Source: Lophium mytilinum
Taxonomy: Eukaryota
Direction of reading: 5' to 3'
Assembly (NCBI GenBank): GCA_010093605.1
Contig: MU004193.1
Span: 999,520 to 1,063,519, forward strand
DNA length: 64,000 bases
Below, piece by piece: positions 50,290 to 62,845 of this stretch (its first letter is position 1; every line of letters starts with the position of its first letter). A model generated the notes under the pieces. That model was not told the DNA's origin and ran no database searches. It saw only the letters and a program-made list of their open reading frames with translations. The translations under genes were made by a program, and so were the position numbers.

Positions 50290-53200
50290 ATGGCGACCAC
50301 CGTTCAGTCAGCCGTGGGCACTGCCCAGTTCAATCGAGTTCTCAGCGACTTCAAGCACGAGCTGTCTCAGGATGAAGTCGATGACTTCAAGTTTATCAAT
50401 TCCGACGACCTCAAAAAGGCTGTGCACCGACTGCAAGAGCAGCAAAAGTCGGAGAAACGCATGCAGAATCTGCGCCGATTGAGTTCCTTTCTTGAAGCCA
50501 TGGACCAGTTTGATAAAGTTGTTTCCGTTTTCTTGAACGCTACCGACTATTTGGGCTTTATTTGGGTAAGTTTGTAGGAGCAATTTCTAAACTCCCTTCT
50601 GACGATACCGTAGGGTCCCGCAAAGTTCATGCTGTTGGTAATTGCTCCGGTAGTCTTACTCTCCTTCATATCAGACGTACTGAGAACTGCTAGGTTGCTG
50701 GCTCCTACTCAGAAGCCTTGAACACATTACTCGATGCCTACCAGGAAATTGGAGATCACATACCTCTACTGGAACAATATGAGTCCCTCATCCACAACAG
50801 TCTATATCTACAAGATATCGTCGGGTTAATCTACAAAGACATCTTGAATTTCCACCGCAAGGCAATGAAACACTTTCGGCAGCGAGGTTTGTTGTGTATT
50901 AGTTCGTAAATGATCATACTCTATACTTACGCATTTACAGCTTGGAAAAAACTCTTCCATGCGACGTGGAGAACGTTTCGCACGGACTTTGGCGCCATCA
51001 TCTCCAACCTACAGTCTCATCGGAGGCTTCTCGACAGCCAGGCTATCTTCTTAGGAGTCCAAGAGACGATAAAGGCAATGGAAGAGCTTCATGAAACGAG
51101 AAGGGTTCTTGATGATGAATGCAAGAGAAGGCAAGATGAGGATAGCAAGCGTCGACAACTTGCCGTGATTTCATGGTTGTCTGCTGCAGATAGTGCGAGC
51201 GACCACGAGGATGCGTTTGCAGTCCATGAAGATGAGCCCAATAGTGGGTTGTGGCTGTTTCAACACAACTCCGTCAAAGACTGGATCGATCCGTACTCAC
51301 TATCCGAGCCTTTGCTGTGGATCAATGGGAATCCCGGCGCTGGTATGGCACGTTAACACCCTCTTCAGAATTACACTGATCTCCAAACTCCTAGGTAAAA
51401 CAATTCTAGCTTCAGCTCTTATTGAGGAATGCCGACGTCAGCCACACTCCGCCGCGGCATTTTTCTATTGCAAGCATGGAGATCCCGCCCGAGACAACTT
51501 CATCGGATTCGCACGAAGTTTTATTTTCCAGCTCACAAAGTTGAACTCCTCGCTGCTGCCTTTTGTGCTCGAAAAAGAATCAAGCAGTGGCACAGACTCG
51601 TTGCGGTCATCTAAAATCGCGAAAGAAATCTTGGCGGTTGCTGTTGAGTCCTTTGATGACTTAACTATAGTCATTGACGGCCTGGACGAATGTGTTAAGT
51701 CTCAAAAAGCTGAGATAGTCTCCTGGATACGCTCGGTAGTTGCCTCGGCGGAAACAGATGATTCCAGAAACCTGCGGTGTTGCTTCCTTAGTCAAGACGA
51801 CAACGACACCGGGAGATTGCTCAAAGGTTTACCCACGTTCAAGATCACCGCCGAACATAACAATCATGACATATCGCGTTTCTGTCGCCGCCGAGCAAAT
51901 GAGATTGGGCAGAACTTTGGAGTGTTACCCCAGGATGTCCAAAATTTGGCGGAGTGTGTCGCCGGAAAGGCTGATGGTAAGGCCTTCTAGGAATCCTTGG
52001 AGATGTTCTGACATAATTTAGGGATGTTTCTCTACGCTAAGCTAGTAATGGACAATTTGGATAGCCAGGTCTCTAAGGCGGCACTGAAGCAAGAAATGAA
52101 AAAAATCCCGCCAACTTTGAACCAAGTGTAAGTACTTTGAGGTCGTAAAGTTCTGCAATGGTATCTAATCATTGCAGATACCATCGAATCAGGCACCGAA
52201 TAATAGAGGAATCTAGTCCTTCAGAACAGCAAGTCGCAAAGACACTGCTCAGCTGGCTTCTCTGTGCAAAACGCCCACTCAAATGGCACGAAATTCAGGG
52301 AGCCATGTCCCTGGATTTAGATGGCAATTCGTTCGACTGTGAAAGAAGACTTGTGAGGGATATTAAACATTTCTGCGGGTCTTTGGTTGAGGTTCGAAGA
52401 GGAGGTGCGATCTGTTTTGTCCACCTGACTGCAAAATAGTAAGCCATACGACATGTATATTATCAGAGCGGACTACTGACTCGTGCTCTTTCAGTTTTCT
52501 TCAGGATGAGCCAGCACTTCCGAAGCAGCTCGAGAAGCTCAACTTAACTCGCCTCTGCTTTTCTCATTTATCACTCGATTCGCACGCATCTGATATTACC
52601 CAAGACTCGATTCGTGGATACATTCTCCGTGGCGAATATGCTTTCACCGAATATGCTGTCGTCCACGCCTTCGATCATTTGCTTGATGTGCTTTCGGAAG
52701 GAGGTGATATTCTTACTTTGAACTATGCAGCTCTCGGCATGAACTTGCGAAAGTTCGTTGAAAGGCGCGTCAGTGCACCCCAGAAGCGGGCGTCAGCCGT
52801 CAAAATCATCGACAACAAACTTCAAGTTTTCAAGGATGAGGACTTCTTCAACGGTCTAAAACACGCCATTGTTTACCAAAAAGAATGCGAGGATAATTCC
52901 CCAAAAAAAATCAATGAGGAACCTGTATTGACTCTTCTCCCCCAACTAGCGCGTGTGCGCTTCGTGCTGGAGAAGATGATAATCTCTGGTTCCACTCTCA
53001 AGCTCGATTCTCTCTATAGCCAAAACCTTTTCAAATGTTCGGAACCACGATGTGAATCGTTCCATGATGGCTTTCCCACACAACAGAACCGCGACAAGCA
53101 TCGTGACCAGCACGAGCGTATCTATCTTTGCTCATTCTTAGGCTGTACATCGTCAATGATCGGGTACAGCACCGCATCGGGTCTTAAACAACACGAACAA

Positions 53201-54514
53201 GAGTACCACCAAGAATTACGTGACGGAAATAGCTTCCCTTGGCATGGCACCCTCGAGAAACTGGACATCGCCGTGGAAATTGAGAACGGCAATTATGCTG
53301 CGTTTGAGCTGTGGTTATCTCAGTGGAAAGATACAATTCCAAATCATCAAATTACCAACAGCATTTCGCATCAAAACCCCCTATATCTGGCAAGTTTGCA
53401 CCGCCAGAACAGAATGCTGAAAGAACTACTTGGTAAAGTTTCACCAAAATTGGACATGGGTCAACATATCACTGCTATGAAAGCTGCTATTATGCTTGCT
53501 ATTATGCTTGGAAACGAGGAGGGATTTCGAATACTCGTCAGACACGCGACTACGTTGCCAGAGAGGGAAATCTACAGACTTTTGACGAGCGCTCTTCATC
53601 GGGGCGAAGACAACATTGCCCGAGAACTACTGATATATCCCTCATCACCCTTTCTCCAAGCAGACGGAATGCCAAGACAGGCGTCATATCTGAATCTCAC
53701 TATTCGACATGGGCGCTACGAAATTCTCCAATATATCCTTGAAAACTTCCAGATTGACCCCGATCAAATAGATGATAAGGGTCGTACCTCGTTGATCGCG
53801 GCCGCAGAGTTTGACAAGACCGAAATGGCAACATACCTCGTCACAAACCGAAAATGCAAAAAGTGGACTACGAATAAGAAAGGCGATACTCCGCTCTCCA
53901 TCGCTGGTCGCGAAGGCCACGAGGAGTTCATTTCATCGATATATCACGAGGAGAGAAATGAGCCACAAGTCCAGGAATGGCTACGAACAGCCCAGCTCCG
54001 TAATGCTACCCGCGATGGATCTGATCAAAAGGTTAAAGAGCTACTTAATGACAGCTCCCTGCACGTTGATGAGATGGACCGTCAAGGCCGCTCGCCGTGG
54101 TTGTGGGCAGTAGAAAATAGCCATGACCGCGTCTTAGAGGTGCTTCTTAGGAGGTCCGATATTGAATTTCTTAGAAAGGGACCCTGGGCCCGGTCTGACG
54201 TGTCTAGGATAGAAAACAGAAAAGACGGCCCTGGTGCGCTCCATGTTACCGCTTTGGCCGGGCATGATTCAACAATGCGAGTGCTACTCCAAAGTGGCAA
54301 ATTTGATGGCGAACTTGACCGACACTGCCCGTTCTTTTTGAAAGGTCCGATAGGATCGGCGGTTTCAGGAACGCCTCTAGGTATCGCAAATGAATGCGGC
54401 CACAAGGATACGGTAAGGATCATAGAGGAATACAAGGTTTCTTTGGATAAGAAGGACAAAGCATCGCCAACCAGCACGCTTCTACCGATAACAGAAGTAC
54501 GATCAACGGAGTGA
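50290..54514 (+). CDS. Fungal NLR: N-terminal helical domain, NACHT NTPase, two C2H2 zinc fingers, ankyrin repeats
   Basis: Walker A LWINGNPGA|GKT, FFYC, Walker B IVIDGLDEC, GMFLYAKL, RPLKWHEIQ. C2H2 fingers CSEPRC..H...H and CSFLGC..H....H. Ankyrin-type GRTSLIAA, GDTPLSIA, GRSPWLWA, GTPLGIA. Exons splice in frame. Confidence 0.9.
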
Positions 54515-56480
54515 ACTGCAGCTGGAGCGATGTCTCGACTTCACGATCAATCCCTAATATTCGCTCTCAAATGCCATCTTCTACTCCACCTGAACAACCA
54601 CTGGCGCAGGTTTCGAGCTTATCGATGGTTTCTGTCGCAATGGATCCACTGTGTTCTTCGAAAAGCGACTAGTCTTCTAAACACGAACGTTGGCCACAGA
54701 GTCTGTGAGTAAGCGGGTCAGCGACATTGTTGAGTGGTGTGAGACCATTTCTAAATGGAAGTAGAATGTATAGCCCTGCTCCGGCTAGGAAAGCTACACT
54801 TACTCCGCTATGCCCATGTGCACACGCCAGGCGTTCTAGAGAGCAATCATGGGACACCAGCCGGTGTGGGAGGTGCTGGTTAGTTTGAAATACTGTTTGT
54901 TCAACTCGCTATGTCAAAAAATCGAATTAGGATTTGGTGAGAGCAATAATGGCCCAAATTCAGGTAGGGAATGAAATCTGATGTGAGATCCGCAACTCGC
55001 AAAGTTAGGTCGCCCATTAGTAGAGTCCCTTGCCGCCAATCGCCCTTTACGCTGTTTATTAAATCTGGCATTTCTCCTTATTCTCTGGACGCTGGTCTCA
55101 TAGGCGAGAAACTATCACGTGAAACTTGATCCACTCTCTGCATCCTTGAGACTTCTGGAAGACCGGGCTCGCCAAGCAAATTTGCATGGGCTAAGCTTGA
55201 GAAGCTCATCTAAGTCTTGCGGGCCGGACCGCGCCAGCATGCATCTACCTACATATTCCTATGACGCCATACAAAGGCAATGGAACACCTCGGACATTTG
55301 AGGTTTGCACCTCAAATTTTCGATGGTTTTCATTTTACGTATGTAGCTAAACGGGTTCGGAGTGTTGAGTTCTACTGCCAGCGGGGCCTGAATATGATGG
55401 ACGTGAGCCACTTCACGGAATAGTGCGGCCTGGGCCGGATCGATAGGCCCGAGGCTTGCCAAGCGGCGCTAGATAAAAGGCTATCCGTTCGCCTTTTTGT
55501 GCTATTCCTAGACCGGTTTGAACGCTGATTGATGGGAAGGCTGCTCCTTGCGCGTGCCGCCCCGAGACTCATCCTATGGCTAGTGTGCAGGTGGCTCTCT
55601 AGGAGATGCGGGACAGGAGCTCCTTGAGGTCAAGCTCATTAGTCCAAAGGAGTCTTTTCCCTAGTATTAAAAGCCATTATTGTGGCACAGTAACCAGTTC
55701 CAAGCAAGGATAACCACGAGATGCGTCGAGAGGCTGTACTTACGGCTAGAATAGACTTAGTTTGCCGAGCTCGCTAAGCCATGTCGGGTCGGCCGTGCAC
55801 AACACTAGACTAATTATTGCCCAGAGGTGCAGAGATTGTCACTTCATTCGCTATGCTTATCGCTTGATCGCAGTACTAGACAGTCGAAGACGGAGAGAGG
55901 CTGCATATGGACGCGGAAGGAGACCATGTGAGCGCGGCCCGTCCGCGCCTTTCAGCTCGACCCCAAGCCACCACACCTGCAGGGGCCCAACAAGTTACAC
56001 AGAACTCCATTTCGTAAGCCTCACTGCAGCTCGATGCACGTCGTCACCCAGCCTCTTCTGTTGAGCAAATGGCCTGCCGTCAAACGGTAAGCACAGCCGA
56101 GATGGCTTGTTTTCCAGCCTCCCAGGTGCGGGTAGAGCTATTTTGGTGTGCAGTGGGCAGCCTTCTTTGAGAACTCGACTCGACAAAGTGGCCAGCTTGA
56201 ATGCCTAGATAGAAGTTGTCCCTCGCAACATTCTCCTCTCTCGATCTTTCTCTATCTTCCGCCCGTGATTTCAGCAATTTAGACTCTACTTAACGCGCTC
56301 TCTGCCTTGTGCACTCTGCCCAGTCTGTTTTCAAAACGGCAACGAGTCGTCCTATTTCTCGAACGGATTCTATCCAGGCTACTTTCCGCTTTTCAGGCTC
56401 TGTCGTTTTCCGCTGTACGGACAGCCGTCCTTCCCAAGTCGCATCAACACGTGGAAGATACCCAAGTAATGCGCAAAAAC

Positions 56481-58361
56481 ATGACTTCATTCCCATCGAC
56501 TCCAACGACTCCCTTCCACGCCCTTGACACGGAACTGTCTCAATATCCATCCTTCCCGTCGGACCCAGACACTTTCAGCGATGAGGCCAATCTCCTCCCG
56601 AGACGTCAGGATCCGTCTTCTGGGTCCATTGTTCCCTCGCCAAGCCATGATGCTTTCATTCCGCTCCTCGGCGAGCCGACAGCAAAGAAAAGGCTGAACA
56701 CTTTGCACATGTTGACCTGTACTCTGTCTTTTGGTTGCTTTGTAGCAGCTGTTGCTGTTGTGGCGAATGAAGACTTATCATGGCGCTTAGCCGGCAAGGA
56801 GAACCGACAGTTGATCGTCTTGGGCGTCTTGCTCAGCATAATGAATCTCTGCTTAGGCACCATTACTCCAAATCTGTACCTTCATCTTGAAGCAAAGTTT
56901 GGTCCCTCCACTCTTCAGAACTACGATGGTATTATACGTAACAAGATTCTCGCCCCGAAACTCAGCATTGTTTGGAGACTTTTGTTCGGCTTCACGTTAG
57001 CGCTTCCAATCGCACTCGGTGCTGCCTACAAAACCTTCCATGGTGGCGAGAGTGTCAGGAATGTGGACGCCGCTAAATACATCCACAATGGCTCTTTTTA
57101 CGGCATGTTTGCTCCTCCAGGATTGCAATCAATAGCTCAAACTGGGGGAACCGGGCTTTTCTTTAACGCGACACTGCCTTTCAGGGTGGCAACGTCTTTA
57201 GCGAACGGGTCGGAGTTGCCTGTGCCAGTGGTCACCCAAGCCTATGGATATAATGTTCTTATACTGAGCAACCAGAGCACGGCAATGCTCGATATCCCGC
57301 AGCCGGATTACCTTCTCAAGGTGCAGAGCTTACTTGCCCCCGGAGAGTCATGGACAATAAAAGCAAATGTCAGCGCCACTGTGGCCACGTTGGATCAAAC
57401 ACGGAAGAGAAATACAACGGCCTACGATCTTCACGCTTACAGTACGTGCAATAAATCCCAAGTTAAGGACACCAATCGGGGCGGGCTTGGAATGTTCAAT
57501 ATGAACAATCATTTCTCCTTTGTACTGGCGAACAATGACGATCAAACACTACAGTACATTGGATTCACGCCCAATAGCCCCGATGGGAATACTCACGTCG
57601 ATTGCTCAGTGTTTTACAATTTTACAATGCTCTACAATGTCACTCGGCAGGCTTGTGAAGGCACCTGGACAATCACTCGCGCGGGATTCGAGCTTGTCGA
57701 TGGTTCCTGTCGCAATGGGTCCATCTTGCCGTCCGAAAAGCAGTTGGTCATAACAAACAACTGGCTGGTCTTCACGAGTAGGTTTGTGCCTACTCTCGCG
57801 GAGTTTCTCAATGACTTTTCCAACCCTGGGTCGAGACGTATGTCGGAGTGGAAGGGCCCATACATGGCAACAGCCGTGGCAGCTATGGAGTGGTCAGGAA
57901 TAGCAAGTCTTGATGGCCCTGGCCGACATGGTCAAGACTTGAAAACCTGGAGTACACCCGATGGTAAAACAAGACTCCCGTACGACCATCTCGGCTTAAT
58001 TTATAAAGTCACCGACTCGGTAAAGTACGTCCGACCAACACTGAGAAAGTCGGCCTGGCTCTACACCGTTCTCGCCATCCAACCTATCCTGACGCTTATC
58101 GCTCTCATCGTCACTGCATTACTCCACTCCATGCCCCTGGACAAGGACTTCGGGATGATCTCAATTCTATCCGCCGTAGACCGCGGGAGTCTTGATAGCT
58201 TAGCTGGAGCAGGACTGTCGGGACAGCTCACGAAGAGAGTCAAGCTAGTTGTTCAGCCCAAGCAGCATGATCAAAAGGCAGCGGTGGAGTACTACATTGA
58301 GCCGTCTTTGACGGCGCCGGCTCGCAATGGAAGATTGACTGGGAAAGTGGTCTACAGTTGA
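56481..58361 (+). CDS. Hypothetical multi-pass membrane glycoprotein
   Basis: Long single ORF with three N-terminal and one C-terminal hydrophobic segment, and a Cys-containing loop with many N-x-S/T sequons. Start codon uncertain (56469 or 56481). Confidence 0.75.
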   Translation: MTSFPSTPTTPFHALDTELSQYPSFPSDPDTFSDEANLLPRRQDPSSGSIVPSPSHDAFIPLLGEPTAKKRLNTLHMLTCTLSFGCFVAAVAVVANEDLSWRLAGKENRQLIVLGVLLSIMNLCLGTITPNLYLHLEAKFGPSTLQNYDGIIRNKILAPKLSIVWRLLFGFTLALPIALGAAYKTFHGGESVRNVDAAKYIHNGSFYGMFAPPGLQSIAQTGGTGLFFNATLPFRVATSLANGSELPVPVVTQAYGYNVLILSNQSTAMLDIPQPDYLLKVQSLLAPGESWTIKANVSATVATLDQTRKRNTTAYDLHAYSTCNKSQVKDTNRGGLGMFNMNNHFSFVLANNDDQTLQYIGFTPNSPDGNTHVDCSVFYNFTMLYNVTRQACEGTWTITRAGFELVDGSCRNGSILPSEKQLVITNNWLVFTSRFVPTLAEFLNDFSNPGSRRMSEWKGPYMATAVAAMEWSGIASLDGPGRHGQDLKTWSTPDGKTRLPYDHLGLIYKVTDSVKYVRPTLRKSAWLYTVLAIQPILTLIALIVTALLHSMPLDKDFGMISILSAVDRGSLDSLAGAGLSGQLTKRVKLVVQPKQHDQKAAVEYYIEPSLTAPARNGRLTGKVVYS

Positions 58362-59554
58362 GCATATGTGGGGGCTTGAGCAAACATTGTTCTATAGTCT
58401 TAGATTGGTAGATCCTTGTGAGTTTCTCGAATTGTAACGACTGGGTAGTTTGTAGAGGGTGAAGGGAAATGAGTATATTTTTTCATTGCGTGCATTAGCG
58501 GCACTTACTTCTCTCCTTGCGTTCGACTGCCGTTTTCCCATTAGCTCTTGATATTAATCCCGTGCGAACTTTAGGAAGTTTTAAACCATGAGGTACAGCG
58601 GGGCAGAAGGCCATGGTAATGAAACTGGATGTGGCTGATCAAAAAGTAGGTACCTGAGTAGGTGTTCATTTCTATTTTTTCAGTCACAGTGAGTGTCCTG
58701 TCGAGTTACAGTACTAGGCCTTAAGACTAGGCACATCGACTGATTACAGGTTGGTTCCAATATGCTCATTCGTTGCTCACTCATTACCACTGTTAGGGGT
58801 AGCCTAGCTGCTAAACAGCCAATTGGTCAAGAAGCTGTCTAATTAACACTGGGTGAACCGCGACATCACCCTTGGATCTTCAAAACCTGTGGGGAACCCC
58901 AGGCAGTGGAGAACCAGTGTACCCAGAGTTGTAGCCTGACACTGCATGTTGTGTTCGTATCAACGCCCCGACAGACGACTAGCGGTCACGTAGTGAGACT
59001 TTACAGGCCCGTCTGGGAATAAGTTTGATCATTTGTACAAATAGGTAGGACTATCAGACGCTCTCTCCCCAAAGCTACATCCTCAAGTTTCAAGTAATCC
59101 GAGCCTAACTTTCAAGTTCGTATTGTCCTAAGTTCCTAGCGCTATTTGGCGAGAAATGAAGTATTTCTGCACACAGTCACGCGCCAGTCACTCCCGAGAT
59201 AAAGCTCAACTGGTACGAAATCGAAAAAGCTCAGCTAAAGATTTCCCTACTTTACGTCTTTGAACACCGGTCTTGGTAAGTTATCGTAGTAGGGGACCAC
59301 GATAATGTCTGGATCGTCAGTTGGATTAATCATGGCTGATGTTCCTGGGTGGATTGGTTGAGCATCAATGACCAGATTCAGCAATGCTAGTATTGGCTCT
59401 TTGGATATTCTCTTGACGGTAGACTCGATATCCGTATATTTGTCCACTTTAGCCCGAGCATTACCGAATCCCTGAGCTGCTACCTCAAACTTAGTCTCGG
59501 GGTTTAGCGTCATCACGGGCAGTGCGGAGTTCTTATCCACCCACATCAAATCCT

Positions 59555-59920
59555 GGCCACGCCTTCACATCCTGCCACTCAGACCAAGCCAATAGTCGTA
59601 CTAGCTCTTTCTACAAATTGGCTACGAACGCGTCAACTTGGTATGCGGATCCAGCTTTGACACAGCAGTCGATTGGAGCCATGGAGGAGTTTGACGCGCA
59701 TCCGAATGTCCTGGTTGCTATAGCACTCGACCCTACCTCCCTGGATGTATTTACGTTTTACCCGAACGGTATAATGAATGCTTGGCAGAAGAGAGGTTGG
59801 AAGGAAGCTTTACATTGGGGGTTTCTAAATGAACTACCGTACGAGGGAAGAACTTCACTGTCTCATTTGGTCGATGGCTTGTGTAAAAATGGTAGAAAGG
59901 TTAAAGACCTTAAGGCTTGA
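59555..59920 (+). pseudogene. C-terminal remnant of a fungal metallo-beta-lactamase-fold hydrolase
   Basis: FTSCH...FYKL...WYADP...SI..MEEFDAHPNVLVAIALDP...WQKRGWKE..HWGFLNELP. No upstream HxHxDH exon visible, and the expected AHD reads ALD. Confidence 0.55.
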
Positions 59921-60331
59921 AAGTAGTTAGCTACTAGTAATCCATTCTGAGCGCTGCCAAGGGTAACCTTCGTACTACACTTTTTGGATGTGGATGCATA
60001 GCCCACTGCCATTGAGCACAGGGTGCCCGTACTTCCGGCCTACTCAGGTCCTCTGCCGGCGGGATCACAAATGCAAACTGTAACGATATCGGTGAACGAA
60101 GTTAGCGAGTTCAACTGAAGGGTGAATCACGTGCTGTCGTGACGTGGCGCAGGCCGAGACGCTCTAGAGCCGCCACCTAGCCAATAGGTTGCGAGATCTC
60201 ATGGTCCAAGGCCTTGGCTGAGACTGCACAGCCTTCACCCCTGATTTCCAGCTGTCCACAGCCTGGTTGACCCCAAATGCACTTTAATCAACTCGTCTTG
60301 CCAAAGCTTGAATGCAATATGGTCTTCCAGT

Positions 60332-62382
60332 ATGCAAAATCCAAACTCAACGGCCCAAGGTGGTCTCTTCAAACACAAACCACTGTCCCCTGGGAAAACA
60401 ATCCGACTCATAAACCTCCATCCCGCAAAACACTTCACGGATCCGATCAGTTGTACTCTTCAAGAGTTTTCCCTCGAACCACTGGTGCAACAGTCCCGTG
60501 AAGCTGTCCGCCTAGGAGGACAGTTCACATCATTCCCCGAATTCTACGCCAAATACTCGCCCTATGAAGCGCTCTCGTACGTCTGGGGTTCTTCGATTGA
60601 CTCCCACGAAATCACCTGCGACAGAAGGCTGATGGCTGTAACTGCCAATTGCTTTTCAGCACTACAGCACCTGCGGCTGAAAAGCACGTCGAGAATTTTA
60701 TGGATAGATTCCATAAGTATGGACCAAACGTCGTCCGCGGAAAAGAACCACCAACTCAAGCTCATGGATTTGGTGTACAGTAGCGCAAAAAGAGTACTCA
60801 TCTGGCTCGGTGAAGGCAATAAGAATAGCCGAAGGTTAATGCGCCGGATGCGCTGGGTTGGCAAATACGGTAATCTCGAGTTCGAAACGAGAAACCAACA
60901 CATCAGTCGTCAGCTTCTCCTGAAAGCATTCTCAAGGGTGACGCCAGGTACGATTCTCATTCTTTCGACTTTGTCGTACTGCTTTGCATATGGTGCAGTT
61001 TACTAATTAGTCATGTAGAGAAATTTATCACCGCACCTAAACATCTGCGTGACGATTTCCCCTTTTCATGGTTCGAAAGGGTATGGACATTGCAAGAAGT
61101 GGTGCTTGGATCTACATCAGTTGTTCTCTGGGGATTTGCCTCGATGCCTTGGTTACACTTTGAGTCCTTGATACTAGTAAGACATTGGGACCTAGGGGGT
61201 ACGGTGCAGAGTACTGCATTGGCGGCGAAAAGCCTCAGCACACTTCTCACCTTCGACCGAGCGACCACTGATGCCAATGCGAGATCCATTGCCCCTGATA
61301 TAACATCGGATCTGGAAGCCGTATCGCAGGAGATTCGTACCGCCGGAAGCATCCTTGTTTTCGAGTCCGCTTATACTCGGTCATGCCATGATCCACGCGA
61401 CAAAGTATATGGTCTTCTCGCGATTCTTCGCAGGCTAGGTATCACTATGCCGGAATCAGATTACGAAACGCCAGTCCCGATGGTCTATGAGCAGTTCATA
61501 TTCGCCATGATTAGTAGCATGAACAGTCTGCATATCCTCACCTACATTCCGCTCGCATTCAACGTTACTGGCTGGCCTACCTCCTGGATACCAGATCTCA
61601 GTCAAGGCTCCGGAATTATGGCGTCAAGTACAGAACTAGCCTGGCGTACAGAACTAGCCTGGCGTACCTCCGACTCGGGAATGACGACGTTTCGCAATAC
61701 TTTCCAGCTTCAGAAAACGAGCGGGAAGCTTGCTCTCGAGGGAAGATTGCTTTCAGAAGTAGCGCACGTGGGACAGACCTGCCCAGGGGCTTTTCCATCA
61801 GCCGACAAGCTCTTGCACCACACAGCTATTTTCCTCTGGATAGGGACCTTTATCAAGGCGTTGCGTGCGTGTGAAGCGTATCCGAACGGAAAACCAGCGA
61901 CCAGCTTACTCTCAGAGCTCTTAGACGAACGGTTTGATCGTGAAAGAGTCGCCGACACCATCGAAAGTGGCTTCGAGCCCGTCAAAACCTGCTGGGACCT
62001 GGCGTACGACCCTGTAAAGCGTGAGGGGCTGGGACCGCAACTCGAGCAGCTCGATCCCGACGTCGTACTCTGCTGGATGCTGCAGCAATCGTCTGTTGAT
62101 AAGATCTTAAGCGTAGTCGCAAACCTTACCGGCAAAGGCGTCGGGACGACGCCGGTTTTTCTCGCCGACGGATGCATTGGGCTCGCGCTTCCGAGATGCC
62201 AACCTCAGACCGGGGATGTCGTCGTTTTATTATACGGGGCATCCAAGCCAATGATTCTGAGGCAGCATCGAGGAGGACACATTCTGGTAGGAACGGCGGA
62301 GATTGCCGGTGTTCCTAGCAATATCTGGCCGCTCAAGTCAACCGATGGACATGAAGGAGTACAGGAATTCACGCTGGTGTAG
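60332..62382 (+). CDS. HET (heterokaryon incompatibility) domain protein
   Basis: IRLINLHP, YEALSYVWG, LWIDSISMDQ, MDLVYSSAKRVLIWLG, WFERVWTLQEVVL, DPRDKVYGLL, SWIPD, GDVVVLLYGASKPMILR; intron 60948-61018. Confidence 0.92.
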
Positions 62383-62845
62383 CATGCGAGATAGTCCTAG
62401 TGTCTGCGATTCTTCATGCAATGATGACAGGTCGAGCCTAATTAGATATTGATAGGTAGCAGTTCAGTAAAGTCTACACAGAAACCATACTTCAGGCCCT
62501 TAGGGAAGCTGCTGGACCGGGAATGATATGAATGGACAGACAATCCATTGTTACTGCCCCGGCGGAGGAAGCCAATAAGATCGGACGGTATTAGAGGGTG
62601 TATGTATACCAAGAAAGAGGTATTTAGACGGCTGAAAAGCGGGCTTGTATCGAAACTAGTAGCTCCGCATATAAAGAGATGAAGGAGAAGAAAGAAAGTC
62701 GCAAGTAATGTCCTGGTGGCAACCTCCGCGGATTCGATGCATTATGCACGTATCTCGATCCATCCCGAACCAAATACCGCAGGATCTTGAAGCCAGGAAG
62801 GCACTATGGTGGCCGGAGGTGGTGGGTCAGTAGCGGGCAAGCGCT

